The translations under genes and the position numbers were made by a program. DNA of 63,994 bases, filler included, from Basidioascus undulatus (lineage: Eukaryota): assembly GCA_000826855.1 (NCBI GenBank). It is 8 parts of 8 records of this genome, joined end to end, with 100 filler letters (N's around TTAATTAATTAA, not from the genome) between each part and the next. Parts side by side here need not be neighbours in the genome. Positions count along the whole stretch, not along the records: positions 1 to 7,955 come from JTLS01001460.1; positions 8,056 to 15,986 come from JTLS01001461.1; 6 more parts are not named here. The stretch is one strand, 5' to 3'. Numbering within the stretch: the stretch's first letter is position 1; each line of letters opens with the position of its first letter. Under the pieces are notes generated by a model. The model did not search any database. It was not told where the DNA came from and saw only the letters and a list, made by a program, of their open reading frames with translations. Shown here one piece after another: positions 1 to 11,658 of this stretch.

Positions 1-45
1 GGATGCGGGGGCGAGGCGGAAGGGAACGGGCGAGGAGGGGGTCAT
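1..45 (-). CDS. 5' end of an unknown gene (MTPSSPVPFRLAPAS...), truncated by the window start
   Basis: Minus-strand ATG at 45-43 in a CAACATG context, with a TATAAAA box about 70 bp upstream (117-123, minus strand). Confidence 0.35.
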   Translation of the reverse strand, partial: MTPSSPVPFRLAPAS

Positions 46-842
46 GTTGGTTGTGGATCAGAAACGGGGGAAGTTCAGTGGGTGGGGACTGGGTGCGCTG
101 AGAGGGCGGGCTGCCTTTTATAGGGCAAGAGGACGGAGTCGGGTGAAGTTGGGACGCAGAGTGAACAAATGCCTCGTCAGGATCTCGTCAGGATCCAGCA
201 CACGATCAGATGCAGAGAAGACCGAGACCGCTGCAGGCCAGGATTTGGAATGGAATGATGATGGACGAAGAGGCAGGAAGACCTGCCCAAGCTTCCCGGA
301 GCTTCCTTGGCTCGCGATGTCACGAGGGGAGACGAGGCCTCAGCTGCGTATCAGCGTTGCGTAAGGAAAATAAAGGACTGCCAGTCCATTCTCAGAAATA
401 ACCCCATGGTGACCAGTGCCATATCAGCGTCCGGAGCACGTAGAACAGTAGTGTTGTGAGATGAGCATGACAAGTGGAAGAGGCTGCGACAGAAGTTGGC
501 ATAGCGTCGCCGCGGGGGGCTTTCGGCGATACGGGCTCTACGAATGGAAGATCACCGATATGGTGTCCGTTGTGTAAGTCTGCGTGATCTTCTCCGCGCC
601 AATGCTTGCTCGGAAACAAAGGCAGACAGCGGTGGAACACAGCGAAGCAACAAACGCAGGCACACAGAACGTTTACGCATACGAGAAGCATGCATAAAGA
701 AAAGAACGACACAAGTTTCCCTTCGCCGTCGGCGGAGTAGTGTGCCTCACACGACCCCCAACGACCCATCCGCCCGCCCGAGGAAGAACGCGCGCCGGCT
801 CATTCGTGAACTTCGACGTTGCCAGCTCGGCCCGCGTGCCGG

Positions 843-1861
843 TTACCAGTTGCCCTGCTGGGTCGTCTGCGCCGGCTCGGCGGCCCACGAGCCCTCCGCG
901 GCAGCGGTCGGCCTGGTCACACACATACGGAGTCAGCAACTTGCCTCGCACAGAAGGGACACCGCATGGAAAGGAGTAGGAGGAAGGAGAAGGGGGAGAC
1001 GACGCACTCAGCAGCCCAGTCGGTGTTGCCGAGGGTGCCGTCAGCGGCCCAGTCGACGGCGGCGTCAGTGGACTGGATGCCGGCGGCGAGGGTCGGGTCG
1101 ATACCGCCAGCGGCAGCACCGCCCTGGACGTCCCAGTCGGACAGGGGCGCGACGCCCTCGGCCTCAGCGTCGGCCGCACGGCCCTCCGCGGACGCAGCGA
1201 GGAGCTTGGCCTCGGCGGCGGCCTGCTGCTCAGCCTCAACCTCCTCAGGAGCACGGTACTGTCGAACGGGCGAACCATGAGCAAGCGACGAGGGGGCAGG
1301 GAAAAGAGAGGAGAGAGGAGGGAGAAGACGCACGAAGAACATGTCGGGCATGAGCTCCCACTTCTCGGAGCGCGAGAGGGTGCCGCGGATGCGGAGGACT
1401 TCGCGGGCGAGGAGCCACCAGACGAGACCGATGGCGTGGCGGCCCTTGTTGTTGGTGGGGATCGCGACGTCGACGAACTGGAGGGGCGCGTCGGTGTCCG
1501 CGAGAGCGATGACCGGGATGTTGACGTAGCTGTGCGAGAAGCACAAGGTGGTGAGAAATGCCGTACACACATGATCGCCGGCGACGATGAACAAGCAGAC
1601 TTACGACGCCTCACGGATGGCCTGGTGGTCGACACGGGGGTCGGTGACGATGATCAGGCGGGGCTCCTTGAACGAGCGGGTGATGTAGTCTGTTCGATCC
1701 CACGTATCCCGCGTCAGTCAACCCGACACCGCGCGTTGCACCGCCCGAGAAAAGAATGCCACGCACTCGTGAAGGAACCCGGGGTGAAGCGACCGGCGAT
1801 GGCCTGAGCGCCGGTGTTGGCCGCGAACTTCAGGACGGCGCGCTGGCCGTAGGGGCGGCCC

Positions 1862-1893
<32 letters not shown>

Positions 1894-2405
1894 CGCGGCG
1901 ATGATGCGAGCCGCGAGGACGATCTTCTCCCAGGTCTTGCCGAGGTTAATGAGGTTGATCCCTGGAGACGCAAGAGGTCGTACCGCTCGTCAGTACGGCT
2001 CGAGGAGGAAGACGTGCGGCGGCCCCTCTCCTGCTCGCTCGCGAGACCGTCTCCGCCCCTCCCACCGCACATCCCGTCCCGCCCTTCCTCCCCCATCTAC
2101 CCAGTGAAGATCAAGACTAACCATCCTGTTGACCCAAAACTCCTTCGTCAGTTCAAAACGCTCCGCAGCAAGCCAGAAAGGGAAGAACGTGCCTTGCGCT
2201 GACGCCAAATGTAGGGGATCATGGCCTTGTCCCGGTTCTTGGTACCGATGTGGCACTGAGCCGCGAGGAGGAGCGAGATGTCCTCTGAATCCCCCGAATA
2301 CACACCCCCGTCAGCATCCCTCCGTGCCCCTCTCTCCCTTCGAGGAAGACCGCGGCTCTACTCGCCCTCAGTAGCGTTCAAGGCAGCGGGGAGCTTGGAG
2401 GCCAT
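843..2405 (-). CDS. RPS0: 40S ribosomal protein S0 (uS2/SA), 8 coding exons
   Basis: Exons 2405-2366, 2284-2193, 2125-2122, 1961-1767, 1689-1605, 1529-1334, 1258-1008, 912-843. Translation includes [111 protein letters not shown] and an acidic DW-repeat tail ending QQGNW*. A 5'-UTR intron acceptor (CTGCAG|AAAATG) precedes the ATG. Confidence 0.97.
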
Positions 2406-4386
2406 TTTCTGCAGGAGCCGTATGGATCGTCGTCAGGAACCTGCAGATGTGTGTGCACTGGTGCGGAGAGGAAAAGGCGAGCCGTACGGTGTCGTCGCTC
2501 GGGAACTTGCGTAGCTGGAGAAGGAAGGATTGGGCGCACCGCCCAGGTCATTTTTCGCAGTTGATCCAGAACCATATCGGTCTTACGGTTACCCTATCGG
2601 CCTTCCTGCCTCTGAATCCGCATTCCATTTCCTGTACTTGACAACTGTATTTTCGCTGGACATTCAGTATCATTAAGTTCACAAAATTGAAAACGGCAGG
2701 ATCCAGAAAGGTCTGTGGCTGGCGGGGCCGCAAGCTCCGTGCAATTGCTGCGCGCTGCAGGTTTCGCTGAGATGTTGCATCGCACCATTAACGTGGAAGT
2801 CCACACATATCACAAACCAATAAGCAAGATACACAACTATATATTTCGATCCGGACTGTGTTCTAGCACTCCCAGACAGCCGACTTCAATGCAAGACCCT
2901 TATTGCAGCTACAGCTCTTCTTTCGCGATCGGAACAACGCTATCTGCGGCCCAGATACCCCCCTGGTTACAATTCGTAATCTCTGTTCTGGGTTATTCCC
3001 CTCCAAGAAGGCAGGTAAAATGGCGGCAAGACGTGCACCGTTGCTTCAGCTCGAGGATGCCAAGCTGGCACTGCCCACTAGGCTCACAACTGCATCCATC
3101 ACTGATGGTGCTTGGGACCAGGAAAAGAATTATAATCTGGTACATTTATCCGTTATGTGGTGATTAATGGTACTTTGGGTAGCTCTGAATCGATGCAGAG
3201 GTTGCAGTCTCATTCCTACTATCCAGCTCACTGCACGACGTTCGCAAGCTATGGTATAGTCCTTCATAATCTTACAATTTCAACTTCATCTCTTTTTTTA
3301 AACCCACCACTTGCGTCTTGGTCTCAGCCCTGTCATGCTCTCGCCTTCACACCGCTCTTCACATCCTGATCCGCCGACCGTCGCCGCAGCTTGTCAGTGC
3401 CATTTGAGAGAGAAGCCGCTACTTGAGGAGCTGTGAGCTGCTCTTTAAGATCGCCTTCGGTATTCCAACATCATAAGACATTAATCACATAACCAAGATC
3501 CCGTTCAAGAGGTTTCCCGACGGCTCCGCATCAGCTGCCGGTACACACAATGCCATGCATGGACAGACATGTGCTCCTGAGTGGCTTGAAAGTGCCATCG
3601 CTCATACTATGTATGCTTAATTCTTGTACAAAACGTTCAGTCGTACGATCATCTCTTCCGTAGAACCTCGGAATAAGGCGAAAGTTTGGGGAACTGGGAC
3701 TTCAAGGCCATTAGCAGCTCGTGTAGCATCCCAACGGGTCCTCAAAGGAAGAAAATGCTCAAGATTTGTTGCAGGAGTGTATTTATGCTGAAACCAAGTA
3801 GTAATGTGGACCTCCAACGTTCTATAGAGCAAGCATTCAGCAAACCCGCTCGGCAGGTCGTAATGTTGACGACGCATGACTCAATCTGTCTGAACTATTC
3901 AGCAAATACATGGAGTAACAGGGAAGGATTTGCCAAGAACGTACAAGCTCGATCATCCATCCCCGCCTCACAGCATTGAGGCGGCTGTACACTCAGTACT
4001 TCAAAGTTGAAGTCATCGACCGCACAAATTCACTGCATGCACATTCTTGTCGCTGACTTCAGGTCTATATTGCTTTATTGCGGCATCGCCGCTACCAATG
4101 GAGTGCCTTGGCTTCTCAAAGACGGACGTCCTTTGTTGCACACCATCAGTAGTGCTCAGTGATCCCGAAAAACTCAGACTGGCAGGCCGCACAGTGATTT
4201 TCACTTGGCGGGTTCCAGCACACAGCAACACAGCAACACAACGTACATGGTGCACAGCCCACAAAAAGCCTATGACCACCCCACTCGTCCCCCGCCAAGC
4301 TCAACAGGCCTGCAACGCCGCCTCCAAGCTCGTGCCCTCCATCTCCCACAGCGTGCCGTCGAGCGATTTTTCTCGCAGGTAGGTAT

Positions 4387-5231
4387 TCACATCAAAAGGA
4401 CCCTACCTCGCGCCGTGATCGAATAGCACCGATATAAGGAATTTTTTCCACTGAATGCGTTATGCAGATACTGAAGATCCTCCCGCTGGCTGTCGTAATA
4501 AAAGACGAGAAGAACATGCTGCAGAGTTGGCATTGCGAGCAGACACTCAGCGAGATGGCTGAAGCCGCCTTCGCCAGGGGACATCAGGAAAACGTGAGTT
4601 GTCCGGGTAAGATCGCGAAGCCTGAAACGCTTCGGATGTGAATTGGGGGCTCGCGAGGCGGAGTCGCCAAAGGGTAGCTGCGATTGGCTGGGACAGAACA
4701 AGCTGAAAAAGTCTCGCGGAGGCCTGGGCTAGGTTGCTGATATTCCACACCCCGATTTGGTCTAGGACTGCCAGCTCTTCGAGCATTAGAAGAGCCACCT
4801 CCTGGGCGAAAGCGTCAACCGCGTCCGTGCCTTGTTTGAGGGGATAGGGCAGAAAGTAGTAATCGACCGCCAGGCGCATCAGCTTGACGACGTAAATTTC
4901 TTGAGCGTATTCAGTGCCGCTCGAGCAGTAGAACGCGTGCCACTGGAGCGTGCGTCAAGGAAGCATTGTACATCGCACAAGGCGACGGACTCGATGAGAT
5001 GAGCCGGCCTGGAGGCGCTGGGGAGAACTGCAGCGAGCGACATGGCAGGCGAACTAGAAGTTTGCTGTAGAGATATGGAAGGGCAATGTCCCTGACCTCC
5101 CTCGAGACGAGCGTGAGGGCTGAAAGCGCGCTTCAAATATCCTTAGGCCGGCCATAGGCGAGCGGATGCGAGTGAGCAGCAAGCTGCGAGACAATCTCTG
5201 CGATGATGTCGAAGGGGAATGAGATGGGCAT
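4387..5231 (-). pseudogene. Decayed F-box-like / LRR(RNI)-like gene
   Basis: MPISFPFDIIAEIVSQL...HPLAYGRPKDI*SALSALTLVSREVRDIALPYLYSKL is a fungal F-box-like N-terminus with an in-frame TGA at 5135-5133. Downstream LRR-like pieces (LLAMPTLQHVLLVF) are in shifted frames. Confidence 0.6.
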
Positions 5232-5514
5232 AGCTTGCGATCGATTCTGGAGTGCGAGCGAGGGCGACTTTTTGAAACGGGGCCGATGATGATGGTCGGT
5301 GGTTGAGGGCAACTGAGCGCAAGAACGTGTTTTTTTTTCGGCAGCGGAACAGGCCGTAGGCGCGTCCGCCGCGTCAGAGGCCACACTTAGATGCTCTCCA
5401 GCCCCCCAAAATACTGCACAATTTATAAAGAAACCCGGTTTAGCCAGCACCTCTGGTACGCGCTCTCAACGTCCCACCACATCCCTCTCAGCATTGTCCA
5501 GCTCGCCCCTCATA

Positions 5515-6260
5515 ATGGATTCGCCTATTTCGATCCCACTGGAAATCGTCGCAATCATTATTGGTAAGCTCGAAACGCCAGACCACCCGATGTCTACCAT
5601 GACCCCGCTGCCGACGTGCTCGAAACGCTGATTGCGCTCACGCTTGTCTCGCACCAAGTCCAGGCGGGCGCTCACCCTCCCACATTTCTACGCGACGTCA
5701 CTCCATAAGCCCAGCTTTCTTCGAGCACCTCGCTCAATCAGCTTTGATTCCTCCATTCAAGTCTCTTGCCGCCGCCCGCCTTGATGCCTATAAGCCTCCC
5801 CACCCGGTCACGCTGCACCCTTCACCCTCATCCTCGCAGCGACCCACACCGCTTTGCGTCGTCTCGTCGTTGCCCTAAACCTCTGGCGTGGCGGAGACTG
5901 GGGCTTTACGGGGCTTCTGGATCTCGAGAGTTTGTACTCTATGCTTCAACCGCGTACGGGTATCGCAGCTTCGTCGGCTGTGCCCCGGCGACCCGGAGAT
6001 TGACCGAGGCCCACGTCTCCTCAAACGACCTAGCAACGAAGGTGACCGTCCTCGGGCTGCCGATAACTTCGACGGGGATGCCTTCCAGAGTCTTTGTAAT
6101 CCGGAGTATAGTCTCGTGAGTGTAACCATAGGCTTATCTAAGGAAGATCACGACCCGTTGAAGGCAGGGAAGTTGGCGGAGGATGGCACCGAGCGGTTTC
6201 AGGCAAATAGGGTAAGACACATCCACCAGTGCGAGATGAATCAACGCGCTGCAGAGGGAT
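5515..6260 (+). pseudogene. Decayed F-box-like paralog, divergently oriented
   Basis: MDSPISIPLEIVAIIIGKL, then after a frameshift DVYHDPAADVLETLIALTLVSHQV..., then ALTLPHFY. Same motif pattern as the 5231 copy. The 3' end is approximate. Confidence 0.5.
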
Positions 6261-6729
6261 AAGGTCCCAAGTAATGAGTCACTCATGGCACGCTGTAAAA
6301 ACTTCCGCCGAGCCACTAGAGGATGTTTGGAGGTATCGACGCTTGTGAAGAGGAGGAGAGGGACTGGTGACTTAGGCGAGAACAGTTGCGGCGTGGCAAT
6401 GATGCAAACACGATACGCTACCCTGTCGCTGTCTTCACTTTGCTCTCAGTCGCTTCGATTGTCGCCGTCGCTACAAGTTTGCAAACCAATCCTCAGCGCT
6501 TTAAACCTCAAAAGAGTCACAGGGAAGCTACAAGGGCACCTCTGGCTTGCTCGAGTTGTGTCGTTTGCAGCAGCGATGTTGCCATGCAGTGTCTCCAGCC
6601 CTGTCTACCTCTGATAGCTACCACACACTCTTGCACCAAAGTCAAGCCATACAGAGCTGAAAAACAAGGCAACTCTCAGTCGTCCTCCAGTTTTATTAAT
6701 CAGCACGATCGCGCTATTGCCCCCCGGAC

Positions 6730-7181
6730 TAGTACGGCTCCGTATCCACGTCTTCGTCCCCCAACTCAGGATGCGGCAGTCGTGCGAGACCCGCATGCTC
6801 TCTGAAAAAGCAAGCAGTAAGAAGATATCAGATCGCCCCTGGCCCGACCCCCCTAGAGGACCCAACGCACCTGTACAAAACCTCGACCGCTGCGCGCGCG
6901 AAGTCCCGCCCATGCTTCAAAGCCTTCGACGAGTCCGCAGCGAGCGTCTCCGAGAGTCGTGGTGCTCGAGGCTGGGTCGGGTGCCCGACCGGGGCCGGCA
7001 CCGGGCTTCCGCCGCGGAAGGAGGGTTGCGGTGGTGGTGCGGTCGCAGACCGCGGGGGTTGCGAAGCTGCAGTGTCCGGGAGAGGAAAGAGGTCGGGGTG
7101 CAGGTCCTCATCGCCCGAATGAAAGTTTTCGAGCGTTGGAGAGGCTCTGGGAAAGGGAAATGCAAGAAAGACTGTGGGCAT
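6730..7181 (-). CDS. Small hypothetical Pro-rich protein (2 exons)
   Basis: ORF MPTVFLAFPFPRASP...AAVEVLYR with a GTGCGT donor and a TTTCAG acceptor leading to EHAGLARLPHPELGDEDVDTEPY*. No recognised family. Confidence 0.3.
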
Positions 7182-7624
7182 GCGGAAGGGGCAGGGAGGG
7201 TTCACGCACACTGATAGATCATCCAGCCCAGTCCTTCCGGGCGTAGCCCCGATAGCGTGCTGATACTGCATCGAGAACGTACGCAAAGGGCAATAGGGGT
7301 TCTTAGTTAGAGATTCGGGCGTTTGCAGGTGTGAGTGGCGAAGGGTGCGCCGGTGCAGTCCGGCTGCGTGACTTTCCCCAGCTGCCCTCATCGATTGCTC
7401 AAACCCTGTCTTGATCTAGCATGGTTATCGCAACAGAGTTTGTTTCTCGAAAACTGAAGTTATCAATTCGGTCTCATGATGGTGCGTCTGTCGCACTCGC
7501 CGCGCCTCGGCTGCCTGCAGATTTCAAAAATTACACTCAACGCAGACCGTTCGAAAACCAAACGAGACGTTGGTTCTTGTCAATGAGCTGGTCGTCAAAT
7601 GCAATGTATACTTACACTCGACCG

Positions 7625-7955
7625 CTACACAGCGACCACCAGACCCTCCTCCACCTCGTTCTCCACCACGCTCCACGCGTCCGTATCCGTCGCGTTCCCC
7701 TCATCCTCCCTCTCGACAAGCTCCCCCTCTTCCTTCTCAGCTCTCTCCTCCCTATCCCTATCCCCTTCCACCGATGGCCTTCCAACCCACTCAGCGTTGA
7801 AAGACCCCGGCGCAACTTCAGGCGCCCGCGACGACGCGATCGCCTCCGCCAGGATGTCCTTGTCGGCGGACAGTTGGTGAAAGGGCGAGTGGAACCCGGG
7901 GTCGGGATGCCGGTGGGAGAGGAGCGCGTGGCCTTCGGTTCTCCCGCGGAGTACG
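7625..7955 (-). CDS. 3' end of an unknown gene (acidic C-terminus ...DAWSVVENEVEEGLVVAV*)
   Basis: Open frame with coding-like codon usage running from the contig end to TAG at 7627-7625. Confidence 0.5.
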
Positions 7956-8055
7956 NNNNNNNNNNNNNNNNNNNNNNNNNNNNNNNNNNNNNNNNNNNNT
8001 TAATTAATTAANNNNNNNNNNNNNNNNNNNNNNNNNNNNNNNNNNNNNNNNNNNN
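7956..8055. other. Artificial contig spacer N44-TTAATTAATTAA-N44
   Basis: Exactly 100 bp with a six-frame stop linker. Identical spacers at 15987-16086, 24017-24116, 32042-32141, 40062-40161, 48081-48180 and 56099-56198. Confidence 0.99.
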
Positions 8056-9319
8056 CTCCGCCGCCCCTCCTCCCCCAGCGCTCCCCCCGCCCGCCCGCGC
8101 GCAGATCCACGCGCTCGCAGGGAACCTCTACGCCTCCGGCGCGGCCGCCCGGCTACTTGACCACGCGCACGCACCGTCGCCGTTCTTTAATGGTGGGGGA
8201 GGGGGGGCTGAGGGGGATGCCAGGAAGGCGAGGGAGCTGTGGACGCTTGCGAGGGAGCTGGATGAGGTGGTTGAGGTGGGTGATTTAGGTCTGGGTGAGG
8301 AGGAAGAAGAGCAGGTGGAAGATGGTGGGGAGAGGGAGAGGAGGAGGAGGAGAAGGCGGAGGAAGAGGAAGGCCGAGATGGGTAGGGATGGGGAGAAGGA
8401 TGGCCAGGGAGGGTGGGGGATCGGCGTTGCGGCGTCGGCGGTGGTTGTTGTGGGCGTTGCACTGGGAGTAGGGTTCTGGTGGAGGCGCGCCGCGGGTGGC
8501 TCATAGGGCTATTGATGTTGGTGAGGTGTGGGGAGATGGGTGCATGAGTAGGTGGGGGACGGGGAGGGGATGCTGTGCAGTGTAACGTCGGATCGTGTCG
8601 AGTCGGGTACAGCCAACAGGGGCATCGTGCTTTCCCGAACACACCAGCGCGCACCTGCCATATCTCCGTGGGGTTGGAGTCGTCCATGTTCCTTGCACGC
8701 GACGAGTCCGCGGCGTTCTCGCCCTCGAAGTCGATAAGGCATATATTGCGTCTTCTCTCGCTTCTCGCTCGTTGCAACAGACTCACTCCCCCTGGTGATC
8801 CTGAGACTTTTGTGTGGCTACGCTATGTGCTTTTTTCGCAACAATTCGTTCACGAGCAAGCGATCTCTGTCGCCTCGGCTGACTTTCAGTGTCGTTCCCG
8901 TTGGGCCAAAGGCTTCACGAGTGGCATTGCTCTTTTGAATAGCCTTTGATTATTGAGGCTCTTTTACCGAGGAAGCGAGACATCGCAGCCGATTCCACTG
9001 AGGAAATGGATCCGGATCCCGGATGGGCGTAGTCAACCAGCTGCAACTCGGCGGCTGGCGCTCGCACTTGCGCCTTGACCACAACCACGGCCCGGTCGAT
9101 TCGATCGATTAGATTACTGACCCGCTTTCGGAGCCTCCTACGCTTTCTCCGTCTGTATCCACAAGATAGCTCCTACACTTCAATCTACAGCGTTATTCGG
9201 TTTTTATCTTGCTCTATGTGTCCCCCTCTCTGCCGACGCCACACACCCGATCGAAAGCGCTCCGACAACCAACTTCTGTGGACTTTAACTCTTCGGCTTT
9301 GTACAGAGGTCCGCCTCTC

Positions 9320-10207
9320 ATAGAGCTAGTGAGGTTCACAGTCGGAGATGACGCGTGCGAGGGCATCGTCATCAAGCTCTGCGACGAGTCCCGCTTTCCG
9401 TCGGAGAGCGTTACAGAGGCTATCCAGGAAAGCGGGATGGCTGACGAGTCTGGGGTTTGCAACGCGGGAGGCGCCGGCGTACGGTAGTCTGGGAGACCTG
9501 CAGGGAGATCAGGTCCCTTGTTTCTTCAGCATGGCCAGGGTGAGCCGATCAGTGGAATCATATTGTCTACTACTCTGGCACGGCATGAAGACTGACTGTA
9601 CCATTTTCCTCGCGATAGGTGGGGCTTGACCTCGGCCGGAGACTTACGCGATCCTACTCGAGCACATTTACGGTCTGATACTCCACCACTTCCTCCGGGA
9701 CACCCCCCCCCCTGGGGCGCTTCGCCGCATTCGCTCGCCATCCCTCTCGCGCGTGTCCAAAGCCTCTCCATTTTTTCCCTTGTCATTTTCACTGTCCCCC
9801 TTCATGCGCAGACCTCTCGCGGCTCTGAAATCCTCCTGCAGATCCACCTCCGCGGCGTGCTCCACGCCGACAGGCAGCTGCAGAACATCTTCCTCGCAGG
9901 CGCGCGCGATCCCCGCCCGCCCATTAACCAACTCAAATCCGACGCGACTCTCTGCTACCTCCAAATGGTCTTCTTCGATTTCGGCTTATCGCGCCTCCTC
10001 GATCCCGCCGAGATCCCGCCGCCGATCCCCGCCTGGTAGCGCACGCACGCGCAGTACGACACCCTGTGCGAGGAGAGTCGCGTGGGCGGCGGCGTGGACA
10101 ACGAGGCTACCATCCCGAGGGGGGAGTAGGACTTGCAGTGGTGGATGGGGACAGAGTACTTTCGGAGCTGGGAGGCGATGGCGAGCGTGTGGTACCCAGA
10201 GGAGTGA
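9320..10207 (+). pseudogene. Fungal protein kinase-like pseudogene
   Basis: Fragments IVIKLCD, REAPAYGSLGDLQGDQVPCFF, IHLRGVLHADRQLQNIFL (degenerate catalytic loop) and VFFDFGLSR, with frameshifts and in-frame TAGs after DFG. Confidence 0.65.
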
Positions 10208-10581
10208 CTGTCGGATGCCGCATAGCCTGTTGGATTGAGTGTGTCTGAAACAAACTGTCTTCTCTTGAAGCATTCAGGTTTCTAAATTATTTAGACGGTA
10301 TAACTTGCTTCCAATACGCTGTTACTGCTGTGCGGCGTCTAGAGGAGCAGCGTTTCTCAGTATTGTCGCGTCGCAGCGTGCAAGGCTGCAAACAGCTGCG
10401 TGATTTAGTATGGGTACCGAAAGAGACGCCGCGCTCCGCTTTCCATATCCCCGTACTTAATCAATGTGTGCGCGTTCTCGACGGGCACGGGGCCCCGGTA
10501 CTGGATAATGAAGGCAGCTGCAAAAGTGCAGCGATCGTCAAGACCTGCGCAGGAGAGTCAGCAGGTGCAGGCGTCATCGAG

Positions 10582-11640
10582 CTACGAATTCAACCTGCGT
10601 ACCTCCGAGGCGTGGTTAGGTAAGCAAGCACGGTAGTGGTTGAGTGCCAGGACCTCGAGAGTCTGAGCGACTGTACGAAGCGCTCTTTGACACAGAAGCT
10701 TTCCGAAGAGAGCTCGGGGCAGAAGGAAGAGGACAAGCATGCGCAAGCGAGTGAGGGTAGCCAGCGCCTTTGCAAGCTCGGGAACTCGCAGTGCTGCATC
10801 AAAGATTTCGGCATCAGTGCCATCGCCAAATGCGCCTTCGAAGAAATGATAGACGCCGAAGGAGACCCGCTCGAGCTGGCGGTGACGACTGAGGAAAGGC
10901 CGCAACGTGCTTGGCGAGATCGACCATGGCCCCGGTGCCGACGCAGGCGTCCTCGTGGGTAAGAGCAGTATCGCCCAAGCCATTTCAGAGTCAGGGCATT
11001 GGATACCACACATCCCGAGCTCGACAATATTGCGGCCGAGTGAGTACGGCTTCGGTTCGAGCGGCAGAATATGGGCCATGTCCTGAAGCGTGATTTGAGT
11101 GTCCTCGAAGAAAAGACGAGACAGATTCGAAAGGTCCAGCGAGGCGTTCATTGGTTCGACGGGATGCCAGATTCCAGGGTTAGGCTGGCCAGCGTCAAGG
11201 CGTCCAAGCCGGGTGGAAGCCGTGGGATCCGGCTGAGAGAACCGCCTTGGAGCTTCCCAAGGGCTGAAAAAGTCCTTTGCCTTTGCTGCAGCATCCCATC
11301 CCAGGTCAACCATAGGAAAAGCCGAATGCAATACAGAAAAGCAGTATACCGTTTGTCAGACCTTCAGAGGAACCTTGGCGCAGAATGCGTCAGAACGCCG
11401 CAACCAATGCTCGCAGGCGGGAGGCGGACATGTCGAATATCACTGACCCTTTGTTGTCGGAACTAGAGTACGGTCAAGAAACGCACCAGAGAGCAAGGAG
11501 ATGGAACAGAGGAGACCGGGATGGTGGCACTGGGGGATGGCGTAAAGCCAGCATGGGCGATCCGCAGCGAAAATCTGGAACCATGCTGTGAAAGTCGTAC
11601 GCACGGTCACGGTGATGAAGGGAGCATAGCATAGCAAAGG
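10582..11640 (-). pseudogene. Decayed F-box/LRR(RNI)-like gene
   Basis: 249-aa ORF with LRR-like strands (LSNLSRLFF, LERVSFG, LTRLRMLVL, TLEVLAL). The upstream piece SLVRFLTVL*FRQQRVSDIRHVRL contains a stop. Confidence 0.45.
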
Positions 11641-11658
11641 CCTGAGATAAATCGCGCC

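Noticed and set aside
544..2202. Long Arg/Pro/Ser-rich ORFs overlapping RPS0 (similar ones overlap SYP1, CYB2 and ypt5)
   Set aside because: They are shadow or antisense frames produced by high GC3 codon usage of the real spliced genes.
8187..8504. Pro/His-rich minus-strand ORF at the start of contig 2
   Set aside because: Low complexity with an ambiguous frame; it may be a gene start but no product can be supported.
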